Shown here: piece after piece, positions 37,291 to 50,099 of the stretch
Layout of the letters: every line of letters starts with the position of its first letter
Numbering within the stretch: position 1 is the first letter of the stretch
Assembly: GCA_028534125.1 (NCBI GenBank)
Contig: CM052817.1
Coordinates: forward strand, 93,808,001-93,872,000
Origin: Lama glama
Taxonomy: Eukaryota
Reading direction: 5' to 3'
DNA length: 64,000 nt
Notes under the pieces: model-generated
Databases searched by the model: none
Told to the model about the DNA's origin: nothing
Seen by the model: only the letters and a program-made list of their open reading frames with translations
Position numbers and translations under genes: made by a program

Positions 37291-39592
37291 AAACTGAATC
37301 TGTGGTCCTCTTCTTATTGGGTATTTAATTTTTAAAAAATTGCCAACTTGACAATTCTGTCAGGCATAAGGATCTGTGTCCAATGGCTTCAGAAAATAAA
37401 CCACATATGGGACAGCAGCTTCAATTGGAATCACTCTCTCATTAAGCTCCGATAATCCATTGATATTGTTCCCAAGACCCATCAGTCTTCTCTCTGGTCA
37501 AACAGAAGAACTTAATGAGGATAGGGGGAAGGTGGGGCGGTGGGAATTTGAGAATGTAATAAAAATTATTACCCCTCCCTTTCTGAAAGGTTTGATAGTA
37601 ACACTCACCTCTACCACCCTTCCAGGTGTGTGGCGTTGCTTTATGTTTATTGTGGCATCATATTGGTACAGAAGCTTCCTCTCGCCCAGCCAGAGCCTTC
37701 ATTCCATGGATCTGGAAGCCAGTATGCAGACGTTGATGAGTATGCCTGTTCTAGCCATACGTATGGAAACTGGGAAAGTAACCATAGAATGAATCACCAG
37801 TTGGCCCACGTTGACCCACTGTGCAATAAACCCAAACCAAAGCTTTATTTATACTCCCTAACTTCAATCAATCCCTCCTGAGTAGGGGACCACACTGGCA
37901 TTTCTGGGTCCCCTGGCATTAATATTAGTTACAGCTCTTGTCAGTAATCCCACAAAGATCTGGGTGGTTCCTTCCTGCTGGGTACAGCCATTTTCCTGAC
38001 AGATGGCTGCAGATCCTTCTTAGGGGACCACTAAGAAGACGAACAGTGTTTGCCGCACTATCATAGGGTACATTATCATTTATGGGCTGTAGGGCAGTGA
38101 ACCAGTAAAGAGCTATAACTTGTAATTAGAGTTTATCGGGTCACCTAGACTTTACTTTTGTTTTGGTGTCAGTTTATGCAGATCCAGGAGGATGAGAATA
38201 GGCCTGTATATTTCTTTCAGGGGAACCTCTTACTCCATTAACCACTGTCAAATATCCTTGACATTCAAAACCTGTGATCATCGGTCCAGCCCTGCTACTT
38301 GTAATGATAACCACATTTCACCTCTATTCTGAGTCCTGTCATTGTGCTGCCCCTTGTACCTTGCCACCTGGGACCCCATCACACCCAGAGAAATCAGGGA
38401 GCCCTTTTCTTTGTGAGCAGCTTCTACCATCAGAGGTCAGCCATAGTGCCCTGCTGAAGGAAGTGTCCTTTAGTCTCTCGGGAGACATAAACAAGTGTTG
38501 ATGAGTGATTTGCACATCATAAATATACCCCAGTGTTTCCTTCTCTTTACATCCATTTCCCTACACTGCCCCAAGAACTTTCTGGCATCATAGCTTAAGC
38601 ATTGGCTACCCCCATACCCATGTTTCTATTAAATGTTCTGAGCTGCTCAAGGGAGCATATTGAACCCAGAATCTCTGGCAAGTGCACCCAATGCAAAATC
38701 ATCAACCCAATCCAAATTAAGCTTCTCCCTTCTTGGTCTGACACCCTTGGAATCCATTCCCACACAGACTGCAAGTTTTTGCCATCGCAAATGAGCAAAA
38801 TCTTATGATTCTTTTTGTTGTATAAATCTTTTCCCTCCAGCTTGGACTGTGTTTGCCACCACAGCAGCATGCTGGGGTTTGATTCTAGTGAAGGCTCTGA
38901 AGGCGATGTTGGGGTGTACAGCTCGGGAAAGACTGGCTTCCCTGCTGACTGCACTCCCTCAGGTGAAGTCATCACAGAGCCTTCTGGCAAGAAAGGAGCA
39001 GCTTCATAAAATAGGAAACAAGTTTGCTTTCAAGGAATACTTGGTGGAATATAGGCTTTTAAGGTACTGAGAGACATAAGAATCCATCAAATTCCCTATT
39101 TCTTTCCTTGGTCCCATTCTTTCCCCCAAATGCCCTCTTGTTCACAGAAGAGATGTGAAGTCTATGAATCCACCCTACACTGCAGTTCAGAAACTCAGAG
39201 GATCTGGCTCTGTTTCTGTCTTTCTATCTCCTCTGAGAGTCCTACAGGCAGCCATGGAAGTTCTCTGGTTCTGACCATACCTTAAGCAGAACACTTTAAA
39301 TCTCCTTTTATCACTTCTTTTAAGTTCTATGGAACTGATAGAAAAACCCACCCCACATCCCCACAACAGTCCTTACATTCTTTTTCTTCCCATAATGAAG
39401 AATCTCTTATTCTACACAACCCCAGATGATGTTAACTCTAAGTTAGTACATCACCAGTATGCAGCTGGTGTCAATCTTATGATACTAGCAGAAGCTTAGC
39501 TGCCTTTATTTCCAACCGGTGAGCTAACCAATCTCAAAATCTCATTTCTTTGAGAGTCTGTTGCTTACGATCACTATAGCCAGTAATTGCCC

Positions 39593-40098
39593 TGTGAGGG
39601 TTCAATTATAGAGAACAAAACCTACTCTAGATTGTGTCAGCAGAAAGGAATTTGGTTTATGGGATATTAAATGGCTTATAATAATGTTTATCAGCTGAAG
39701 AGAATTTAGTCTGATCTTGCAGAAAAAAATTGTATTTTGTGGCCAGAAAAAAAAAAAAACCACTCAAGTCATGATGCAGAATTACTATTGCCCTGCCCAT
39801 AATCAGGAAGCTGCCTGATGAAGCAAGAAGTCATGATGACAGCTGCTAGCTCGAGATCAAATCACTTCCACTTCAATCCGCACCAGCAAAAATAGGAGCC
39901 TCACGCTATGTTCCCCCCACTCTTATTTCAGTTCTGGATTTTAGTCTTCTGTAAAGGCAGCTGGTTGGCAGAACATAAATCACATCTAGAAATGTGGGAA
40001 ATGTAGATTTTAGCTCACCAGCTTCTGCAGGATAGGAAACCACACTAGCAGGAGGTGGGAATTGATCTTGAGCAAGCCAGTCTGCAGTAGCCATCACA
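39593..40098 (-). mobile_element. LTR resembling MLT1N2, positioned as the 5' LTR of the ERVL internal region
   Basis: Minus strand starts tgtgatggctactgcagactggcttgctcaagatcaattcc...gctaaaatctacatttccca and ends aaattcctttctgct...ttttgttctctataattgaaccctcaca. Confidence 0.7.
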
Positions 40099-40277
40099 GC
40101 ACTTTTCCGGGGGGGGGGGGGCTTCCAGTGATTGGAACTCTGCTACCTGCTGCCGGGGTTTCCTCATGACAACCTGCCTGTCTTTCCATATCTCTGTACA
40201 CTGACTGCTCCGAGATCATTCATCTCCAGCTATTAGACAAATACCTCCCCCAATTATTTGGTATTAAAACTCCTCCT

Positions 40278-41051
40278 TGGGGTGTGGAGAAAGGGGAACT
40301 CTTCTACACTGTTGGTGGGAGTGTAAATTGGTGCAGCCATTATGGAAAATAGTATAGAGATTCCTTAAAAAGCTAAAAATAGATTTGCCATATAATCCAG
40401 CAATCCCACTCCTGGGCATATATCTGGAGAAAACGCTAATTTGCAAAGATACATGCATCCCAGTGTTCACAGCAGCACTATTTACAACAGCCAAGACATG
40501 GAAGCAACCTAAATGTCCATGGGCAGATGACTGGATAAAGAAGACGTGGGGTGTGTGTGTATCTGCATCAAATCTCATTATACACACACACACACACACA
40601 CAGAAATATCACTCAGCCATAAAAAAGAGTGAAATAATGCCGCAACATGGATGGACCTAGAGATTACCATACTAAGTGAAGTAATTCAGACAGAGAAAGA
40701 CAAATATCAGATAATATCACTTATATGAGGAATCTAAAAAATGATACAAATGAACTTATTTACAAAACACAAACAGACCCACAGACGTAGAAAACAAACA
40801 TGGTTACCAAAGGGGAGGAGGAAGAAGGATAAATTAGGAGCTTGGAATTAGCAGATACACGTTACTGTATATAAAAATAGATAAACAAAAAGGTCCTACT
40901 GTATACCACAGGGAACTGCATTCAGTATCTTGTAATAACCTATAATGGAAAAGAATATGAAAAATAATATATATATGTATGTATAACTGAATCACTATGC
41001 TGTATACCAGAAACTAACACTGTAAATAGACTATACTTCAGTTTAAAAAAA
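40278..41051 (+). mobile_element. L1 3' portion (ORF2 end and 3' UTR)
   Basis: ORF 40385 [16 protein letters not shown]...[18 protein letters not shown] is the L1 ORF2 C-terminus; 3' UTR and A tail follow. Confidence 0.95.
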
Positions 41052-42379
41052 GGACCTCCTCCTGGACTATTGTTATCTACTGCTCCTTGTCATCCTCTTC
41101 ACATGCAGTTTTTTGCCTACTAGTTGACCTTTTGCTACCCCTACTGCTGTCTTCTTTATTATGCCTACTGAATAGAAGTACTTACAACTCTACCAACCTA
41201 TCCAATTCCCATGCAGTCAACTTGGACATGTTGCATCAAATCTCACTATATATTAATAAATACTCTTTAATGGCATCATTCTAGATTACTATTCTGAATT
41301 TTCAAAGAAGCCCATATCATCTCTTACAAACTCACTAACAATGATATTAATATTTATCAAGTTCATATCTAGGAACTAAGTAATATCTTACATCTTCCTT
41401 TTAAATCAAGCACATATACAAGACAGCATACTTTTTTTCTGATTCAAATATTTCCTCTTGTTCCCCAAAGACCATTAATTATGCTGATCAGTCATCCTCA
41501 GGTAACCAGATTTACCCTAATGAGCACATCTCTCTTCTTCCAAACTCAATGACTTCAGAGATTTTATGTTTGAACTTAAGATTTTTCTGAAGAATCTAGT
41601 ACAAAATGAAGTATGTAGCTTCCTTTTGCACATAATTAGATTTCATAAAGATTTTTTATATCAGTGAATCACACAAAGATCACTTTGACCCTCATTACCC
41701 CAAGACCTTTGTATACTAGTCATAGCAGAATTTAAAAGGAGCTCATTGAAAATGGTAGCTTTGCAACTGTGTTGAATCTTCCTAGTAACTGTCCTATTAC
41801 AGAATTTTATTCTTGAGCTTTTGCATAGTTTATATCAGGTTGAATATAGTATGAGGAGGGAACTCTATTTTATTTCTATTTGAGATTTTTGTTGAATTAT
41901 TACTCGTGCCACCGATAAAGTAAACATTTAGTTCGAAAACAGCCATTATATGTTTTTTTGGATATTACATATCCAGCATATAGTTCCAAGGTTTCTATCT
42001 TTGATAAGTTAGGAAGTTAGTTTCGTGTAAATGTGTCTGACAGGTCTGATTCTAAAAATAGATTTTGGACTGCCCCCAGGGTGACCTTCTGAAATTACAT
42101 AATTTCCGCAAGTTATTAATATCACTCAGAATGTTTCTTTCCATGACGTTTCTGAAATCAACACATTGTCTCCCCAATATCACCACCATCCGTAAGTCAT
42201 TCTTGTTTCTTTTATGGGGATCCTAACCAGGGAGGCGTTAACTAACTTTGTCTCCTTGACCAGGAGTAATAGGAAATATGGGCCCCTCACATAGCCTGAC
42301 TCCGGAGCCCACCCCGTGTACTTTCAAACCTTTAAAAAATAGACACTGCTATTTGTTCTGATCTCTTTTTATAATTGTT

Positions 42380-42600
42380 GCCACGTTCTTTTTCAATGCG
42401 GAAGCAAACCGCGTGGCGAACGCTACATCCCGCGGTATTTCCCAGGCGCGCGCACGGTTAACAAGGTGCAGCACAGCAGGCAGAATCGATGGCTCCGGGT
42501 GTCTGCGCCTTGTCTTCCTGATGGATGGATTATTGCCGCTGGGCTAATTATGCAGCAATTTATATCGACTGTCTAGAGCGGCAGTGGTGAATCTTAGTGA
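42380..42600. promoter_or_regulatory. Small orphan CpG-rich element
   Basis: About 18 CpGs in about 200 bp (gcgcgcgcac, gcggaagc, tttcccagg) in CpG-poor surroundings; not recognised as a repeat. Confidence 0.5.
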
Positions 42601-43154
42601 CTAAACTTGCCCTACTAAGATTTGCTTCTTCTTGGGCTGTACAGACTCAAGATGTTCAAATACCTTGTGGATGTTCATATTTTTGACGTATCCATAATTG
42701 CACGTGGTTTAAACAAACCAGAGAAGGAACTTAGCTTTCTTAGCACTCACATATAGCTTTAAAATGTGACTTATAGACTAAGGTGGAAGTGACATAATCT
42801 TTTCTTACCAATTTTCAATTGCTATTATAATTTTTCCTTTTAAGATAAAAGTGAGTGCAGAGATTCTCCATGCACTTAATTTTATATATGAGCAAGCTGG
42901 GGCAGCCAATGTCATTGTGTTTATAGCATTGACTTAATATCAAAGAGACCTTAAGCCTTTTTTCTTCCCCCACATTAAAACATTAAACTAGATGGAGCCC
43001 CATGGCTCTAATTATTTTACATTTAACAAGTCAATTTTTGAATGATTTCTCAGTTTTGAAGAATATGTGTTTTCAGTTGGAGGAGGAAGAAAATTTTCAC
43101 ACATGAGGCTAATGTTGTTTATGACTATGGTTCACCAGTAACTGGATTGTGGTC

Positions 43155-43156
<2 letters not shown>

Positions 43157-43187
<31 letters not shown>
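43157..43187. repeat. (TG)n microsatellite
   Basis: Direct reading. Confidence 0.95.
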
Positions 43188-43188
<1 letters not shown>

Positions 43189-44120
43189 CAAATTGCTAGC
43201 TAAGAGCCACTGATGTTTTGAGGACAAGTACAATAGTTTTCTAAACGGAAAACATTACAAAAGACTATTGACTGGCAAGTTGTAGGTGACTTCAGCCGCT
43301 CTTCGAACACTGAAAATAGGCAATGCTTCATTTGCTCCTTACCTAAAATAAATGAAGTTCTTCCGACTCATGAATGCAGCAATAAAAGGTCAAAATCTTT
43401 TATTCCCATCTCAGGAGCAATGTCTCTAAAAGACACTGTGCCCTATGCCTCTGCTGAGCAAAACAGCTAAAGGACTGGCAATTTTTAATTATAGAATACA
43501 CGGCTTTTCTAACAATCTTATGACTTTGGGACATGAAAAAGCCAGTTCACTAACCAGACACAAAAACTGAAGAAACCTGAGTGAAAATGTCAATTTAAAT
43601 GTTACATAGGAATTCATTTAACAGTGTCTGAATAAAAGAAAATGAGTTGTATGTCTTTTTCAAAAAAAAACTTTTAATATCTTAATTTTCTTTGCTTTTC
43701 TGGTTTATGTTTTACTTGTCTAAATATATACATGTGCACTTCTTTTTGTTATACTACTGAAATTGCTATTGGAATGGCCTGTGGTTTTGATAAAGTAATG
43801 TAAGATTTAAGTATGAAATTTTGATTACAGTAATAGAATAGGTAGTTCATAGAGAAAGAAAGATAAAATGTTTTTACCCATTTGGTCACTGCTGATGGCC
43901 ATGAATTTCAGGATGATCTAACAGGTAAGGAAAAATATCCCACCACTTAATTATTTTATGTTACTTTCAAATATTCTTTTTTTTAATTACAAAATTGTTA
44001 ACACTCATCTAATAAATTCTTAAAAAGCATTTTAATTAAAAACATCTATTGTAACCTACTCAGTGGTATTCACTATTAATACTTTGGTGAATTTTACCCC
44101 AATATTCACCACAATCTGTG

Positions 44121-45787
44121 AAGCCAAAGCCTAACCCAGAGCAAGAACCTACCTCTCTTTAATTCTGTGAAGGCTGAGAGAGGTTTGGAAGCTGCAGAAG
44201 AAAACTCTGAAACTGGCAGAGATTGGTTCATGAGGCGTAGACGAAGCCGTCTCTGTAACATAAAAGTACAAAATGAAGCAGCAAGTGCTGATGTAGAAAC
44301 CGCAGCAAGTTATCCAGAAGGTCTAGCTCAGATCACTAGTAAAAGTGTCTACAGTAAACAACAGATTTTCAGTGTAGATGAAGCAGCCTTCTATTGGAAG
44401 AAGATGCCGTCTAAGACTTTCATAGCCAGAGAGGAGAAGTCAATGCCTGGCTTCAAATCTTCAAAGGACAGTCTGACTCTCTTGTCAGAGGCTAATACAG
44501 CTGATGACTTTAAATTGAAGTCAGCGCTCATTGCCCATTCCAAAAATCCTAGGGCCCTTAAGAATTATGCTAAATCTACTCTGCCTGTGTTCTACCAATG
44601 GAACAATAAAGCCTGGATGACAGCACATCTTTTTATAACATATTTACAGACTATTTTAAGCCTACTGTTTTGAGATCTACTGCTCAGAAAAAAGATTCTT
44701 TTCAGAATATTATTATTCATTGATAATATGCACCTGGTCACCCAAGAGCTCTGATGAAGATGTATAAGGAGATTAATGTTGTTTTCATGTCTGCTAATAC
44801 AGCCCACAGGTCAAGAAGTCATTTTGACTTTCAAGAAACACTTTTTGTAAGGCTCTAGCTGCCATAGATAGTGATTCCTCTGATGGATCTGGACAAAGTA
44901 AATTGAAAAGCTCCTGGAAAGGACTAACCCTTCTAGATGCCATTAAGAACATTCATAATTCATGGGAAGAAGTCAAAATATGAACATCAACAGGAATTTG
45001 GAAGAAGTTATTCCAATCCTCACAGATGACTTTGAGGGATTCAGGACTTCAGTGGAGGAAGTAACTGCAGATGTGGTAGAAACAGAGAGAGAACTAGAAC
45101 TAGAAGTGGAGCCTGAAGATGTTTCTAAATTGCTGTAACCTCATGACCAAACTTTACTGGATGAAGAGTTGCTACTTATAGACATGCGAAGAAAGTGGTT
45201 TCCTGAGATGGAATCCAGTCAAATGATGTGAAGGTTGTTGAAATGACAACAAAAGATTTAGAATATTACATAAACTTAATTGATAAAGCAGCAAAGGACC
45301 TTGAGAGGACTGGCTTCAATTTTGAAAGCAGTTCTACTTGTGGGTATAATATTATCAAATAGCACCACATCCTACAGAGAAATTGTTCATGAAAGGAAGA
45401 GGTGATTGATGTGGCAAATTTCACTGTTGTCTTATTTTAAGAAATTGCCACAGCCACCCCAGCCTTCAGCAACCGCCATCCTGATCAGTCAGCAGCCATC
45501 AACACTGAGGCAAATCCTCCACCAGCAAAAAGATTACAACTTGCTGAAGGCTTAGATCATGGTTGACATTTTTTAGCAATGAAGTATTTTTAATTAAAGT
45601 GTGTATGTTGTTTTTTAGACATAATGCTATTGCATACTTAATAGGCTACAGTATAGCACAAATATAACTTTTATATGCACTTGGAAACCAAAAAATTCAC
45701 GTAAGTCACCTTACTGTCTCCTATTGAGATATTCATTTTATTGCAGTGGTCTGGAATTGAGCCCACAATATCTCCAAGGTAAGCCTG
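44121..45787 (+). mobile_element. Tigger1 DNA transposon (TcMar-Tigger), 5'-truncated, with decayed transposase
   Basis: ORF 44167-44673 resembles Tigger1/TIGD1 transposase ([33 protein letters not shown]...[15 protein letters not shown]...NNKAWMT); 3' TIR atatctccaaggtaagcctg followed by TA. Confidence 0.95.
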
Positions 45788-47038
45788 TAGTCAACTATGC
45801 AAGAAATCTTTGTCGTAAGTACCAATTAATCCATCAAAACAAGTTAAAATAGCGGTGCAAACTGTTTGTTATGCTTGCTAAAAAGATGCAGCAGCATCTC
45901 TTGGTAAATATGTTTCTTTTATGTTTGATACTTTTTTTTAGGAAATATGTTAAGGAGGAGGCAACAAAAAATGTGATAAAAATTGGCTTGTGTTCCTTAT
46001 GTGATAGATAATATTGAATGTTTGCCACTTATTTATGAATATCTTATCCAGTAAATCTTTAATTGCTTCTTTATCTGTGGAAAAAAAAAGGAACATAGCA
46101 ATCTCAGCAGGCCAGAAATATACAGCTACTAAGAACAAGACAGCAATTTGTAGAATCAGACCTAACCTGATGATTCTTGGGCAGAGTCTGTTATTAAAAA
46201 GCTACAGACCACACTTATACAGAGTCATATCAGTGTCCTGCACTAGCTCTCTTAACCAAACGCATCCTGAAGTTGTGGGAACTTTTCTGGCTATTTTTCA
46301 CATAGAAAGGAAATTTTCCCCATGTAACCCTGCACTAACGTTTACTGTGCTGAATGGTATTGCTCATGAGGAAGGACGATGGGAGGCTTCCTTCTACTTG
46401 GAGCTTCAAGGTAGGTCATAAGATGAGACTTCCTGTAAAATCTGTCATTGGATGGTTCCTGAAATAAAAGCTTTTAAGCAGCACCAGTCAGTCCTTGGCT
46501 AGATTCTATAGGCTTCCCTATTGTTCTTCCCTCGGGCGTGAACCAGTTGTGGCTTGCTCCTTGCCTGCCTTGAATCATGGCAGGCGTCAAGACTCACCTT
46601 CAACTGCTCACATGGAAGATGCTTACAGCAGGGAATACACTTTGTGAGTACTTTTTAAAAAATATTTTGAAGGTCTTTACCTAGGATAACAATCACTGCC
46701 CATCCAGGAAGCCCAGCTGCCTGATATCTTTCTCAAGTACCACAGAAACTATATGAAGTCTTCTACGATGTTAAGATCAGCTAATTTACAAAGAAGCAGC
46801 TCAATTTTACATGTTATAAAACCACCCATCAAAAGCCACCTATTTTCATAACTTCCAAAATCTAGAAATTTCTCAGGATATGTTTTTTATGTTTGGTAAC
46901 AAAAACATACTAGATCAATTGACACTAAATAATAATCAATGGCAAATCCCTCAACTTCCTGAACACAGCATTTCTAAATCCATCATTCTCCCAATACTAA
47001 ACATATCCTACTAACATTGGATCAGTTAGAAGCAAGTT

Positions 47039-47617
47039 TTTTTTTAATTTGAAGTACTGTTAGTTTACAATGTTGTGTTAATTTCAGGTGTACAGCATAG
47101 TGATTCGTTTATATACAGATATATGTAAAGGAATATATATGTATTCCTTTTCATATTCTTTTTCATTATAGACTATTACAAGGTATTGAATATAGTTCCC
47201 TGTGCTGTACAGTAGGACCTTACTCTTTATCTATTTTATGTACAATAGTGTGTGTCTCTTAATCCCAAACTCCCACTTTATCCCTCCACCTCCCTCCCCT
47301 CTAGTAACCATAAGTTTGTTTTCTATGTCTGTGAGTCTGTTTCTGTTTTGTAAATAAGTTCATTTGTGTCATTTTTTAAGATTCCACATATAAGTGATAT
47401 CATATGGTATTTTTCTTTCTCTTTCTGACTTCATTTAATATGACAATCTCCACATTCATCCATGTTGCTGCAAATAGCATTATTTCATTCTTTTTTATGG
47501 CTGAGTAGTATTCCATTTTATATATACACACAAACCCCACATCTTCTTTATCTTCTCAGCTGTTGATTGACATTTAGGCTGCTTCCACATCCTGGCTATT
47601 GTAAATAATGCTGCTGT
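47039..47617 (-). mobile_element. 5'-truncated L1 3' end
   Basis: Reverse L1 3' UTR; TSD gaagcaagtt(t/c)tttt at 47029 and 47618. Confidence 0.92.
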
Positions 47618-47766
47618 GAAGCAAGTTCTTTTGTTCAGTAATAAATCAGAATGAACAGTTAACCCAAAACAACTTTAGGATGGCTGCATTCCCTCAGTCC
47701 CTAACTCTCAGCCATAGGCATGAAGGGAACAGAGCTCGGCTGGCACCTTGAGCAAGTATTATAGAA

Positions 47767-47910
47767 CAGTGCTTCTCAAATGTTAATGTGCATACAAATC
47801 ACCTGGGATCTTGTTAAAACGTAGATTCCGATTCAGTAATTCTGGAGTGTAGTCTGAACTTCTGAAAAGCTCTCAGGAGACACTGAGGCTGCTAGGCTGT
47901 GGACCACACC
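47767..47910. mobile_element. MER5-family hAT MITE
   Basis: cagtgcttctcaaatgttaatgtgcatacaaatcacctgggatcttgttaaaa...ggaccacac. Confidence 0.85.
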
Positions 47911-48137
47911 AAGGGGCAAAGTAGTTGGGTTCTTGAGTGGAGAAAACATCCCTCTAAGCATGACAATATTCAAATCAAGAATGCTTCCGTTCTGTCAATG
48001 TATTATTTATAAGCAGTTTTGGAGCTAGAAGATCATTAAGGAGTGGGACTTTAGAATAAAAAGGTCAGAGGTTTTTGTAAGCCCCCGAATGATTCATCCC
48101 CAGTGCAGAGCTTTAAAACCACAAGCTCATTCCTTTT

Positions 48138-48260
48138 TTCACTTATTCATTCATGTACATGAAATATATTGAGTTTCTACTATGTGGCAGGCACTGGGCT
48201 AGATTCCAGAGTACAGTGTTGACCAGACAAAATCCTAGTTTTAAGAAACTCACCATTTCA
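48138..48260 (-). mobile_element. L2 3' end
   Basis: ttcattcatg...tattgagtttctactatgtggcaggcactgggctag. Confidence 0.7.
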
Positions 48261-48399
48261 CCTAAAGATCATGTATTACAAGACAAAGGCAAACATCTAT
48301 ATTTGCACACAAGGAAGAGTGAAAATACAAAGGAGAAAATGTTTCACTCTGCAAGATGGGATGAGGCAGACAGCTCAAGGAAGAGTTCCTAGTAAAAAT

Positions 48400-48600
48400 C
48401 AATAATGATTTTTTTTGATAACTCAATTTGTGCTAAGTTCTGGGTACTGTTCTAAGCTTTTCTGCTCTCACTGTGACCCTTTTATGATTGGTGATCTTTT
48501 TATAGCTGAGGAAACAAAGGCAGAGGTAAATTATGTGATTTTCCCAGTAAATAACTCATTGATGATAGAGCTAGAAGCAGGAGTCCGCCTAGTGTCCCCA
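48400..48600 (-). mobile_element. MIR fragment
   Basis: ttttatagctgaggaaacaaaggcagaggtaaattatgtg. Confidence 0.55.
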
Positions 48601-48629
48601 CAAATACCATTTACCAGTATTTCCCACAA

Positions 48630-49021
48630 GGGAAACATTACTAATGATCACCAAGATTTCTGGTTCTCCTTTCCTTCAGGGCACTTTCTTCTTTGACTAT
48701 AGGCATGGACACATGCTGTTGAAAAGGGATCAGAAGTGACATGTGTCACTTCCAGGCAGGAGCATTTAATAGCCAGTCCACAATGCTCCACGTTCTCTTC
48801 ACCCTTCCCAGTGGTCATGAGAGCACTTGTTGTTGTGGGGTTGCTACAAGATGGAAAGATCCTGGGGGATGTTGAACCTCCACAAAAAAGACATCAACCC
48901 AAGATCATCTCCCAGACCCATGCAGAATCTTGGAAGCACAAGAAGTAAATTTTTATTGCCTCAAGTTACACAGATTTTGATGATGTTACTGTAGCCTAAC
49001 TTGGCCTGTCTTGATAATACA
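48630..49021 (+). mobile_element. MLT1I/J MaLR LTR
   Basis: gaagtgacatgtgtcacttccaggcaggagcatttaatagcc ... gttactgtagcctaacttggcctgtcttgataataca. Confidence 0.75.
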
Positions 49022-50099
49022 TTCCAGGAGAGATGATGTGCAAATTATCTTGCGAACTTACTGTGAGTTGAAGTCACCAGAGGAGGGGAGAGTGTGCTGG
49101 GAAGGAGATTCAAAGTGGGCATAGGAGACGCTCTGAGGCTTTAAACAGGATGGTAAATTTAGGAAACTTCAGGTAGTCAAACTTTGCTGGAGAACAAGGA
49201 TGTTATGCTGGAGGAGAGAGGAATGGTAAAGGTCTTAGACCCCTCTGAAATGAAGAGAAGGCCTGCAGATCTGGGGAGTGTCTGTCAGGCCTGCACATGG
49301 TGGAAGTTAACTAGATTCAACTCAAGGTTAAATCGAAGAAATGAGTTTCTGTAGAGGAAATCGGAGAAAGCACTAAGCTAGGAAGAGAGGTCAGCCACAA
49401 ATCAGGAGGTAGAACAGAGAGAACAGAGGAAAAGAAGCAAAACAACAAAGCCAGAGGAACTGGGAGATACAGGAGTGGGAGGATGGGTTCAAGCTAAAGA
49501 AAGAAATATGTGTTTATCTGCAGGCTAGGCTCTCAGGTTTGCCTTCCCCACGTGCCCTTACCTGGATGATGCCCACTAACCAGGCTCAAAGACGTGGCCT
49601 CCCCACCTCTTCACTCCCCATGCTCCGATTGCCCTCACACCCCGCCCACCTGGCACACCTCCGTCTTCACAGAGTTCATTCACTTCAATCACTACATTAA
49701 TCCAAGGGCATTTTAATTGTCCATTCATTTGTCTGGCTCCCAAACTGTGACAAACTTCTTTAGGAGACTGACTGCACCTAATTTACTTTTGCAATTCCAA
49801 GGCCAAGCTCGGAGCTTAGGCCATAGTAATCACATAAATCCAGGGTAAATCTGTAGTAAATCCAGGGAAAGTATTTCCCCTGAATGTTTGTATATGACAT
49901 AGGAGCTCAGAAGTAGGTCTCAGATAAAGATTAAAATTTGGCCATCTTTAGTGAATTCACTCCTTTAACAAATATTTACAAGTGCTTATTATGCTAAGTG
50001 ATGGGTATTCTGGTGACCAACAAAGATGCAGTGTCCATTTTGGTGATACTTGGCTACTCATGTTAGAGAAGATGTTAATTAACACACATGTCATTATAA

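Larger units (their letters stand above)
36590..39592 (-). mobile_element. Decayed ERVL-type internal region (gag-pro-RT), interrupted by MER58C and L1
   Basis: Minus-strand remnants in retroviral order: gag WEWIPRVSDQEGRS (about 38720-38762, cf. ERVL WEWILRVWDNGGRN); protease ggattactgac...ccaggggaccca (about 37905-37950); RT KTDGSW, DY, PIEAAVPYVV (37399-37492), GYINFLALFGNLV (about 36965-37002, cf. GYINSPALCHNLV) and HYIAH for HYIDD (about 36683-36697); many stops and frameshifts. Confidence 0.85.
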
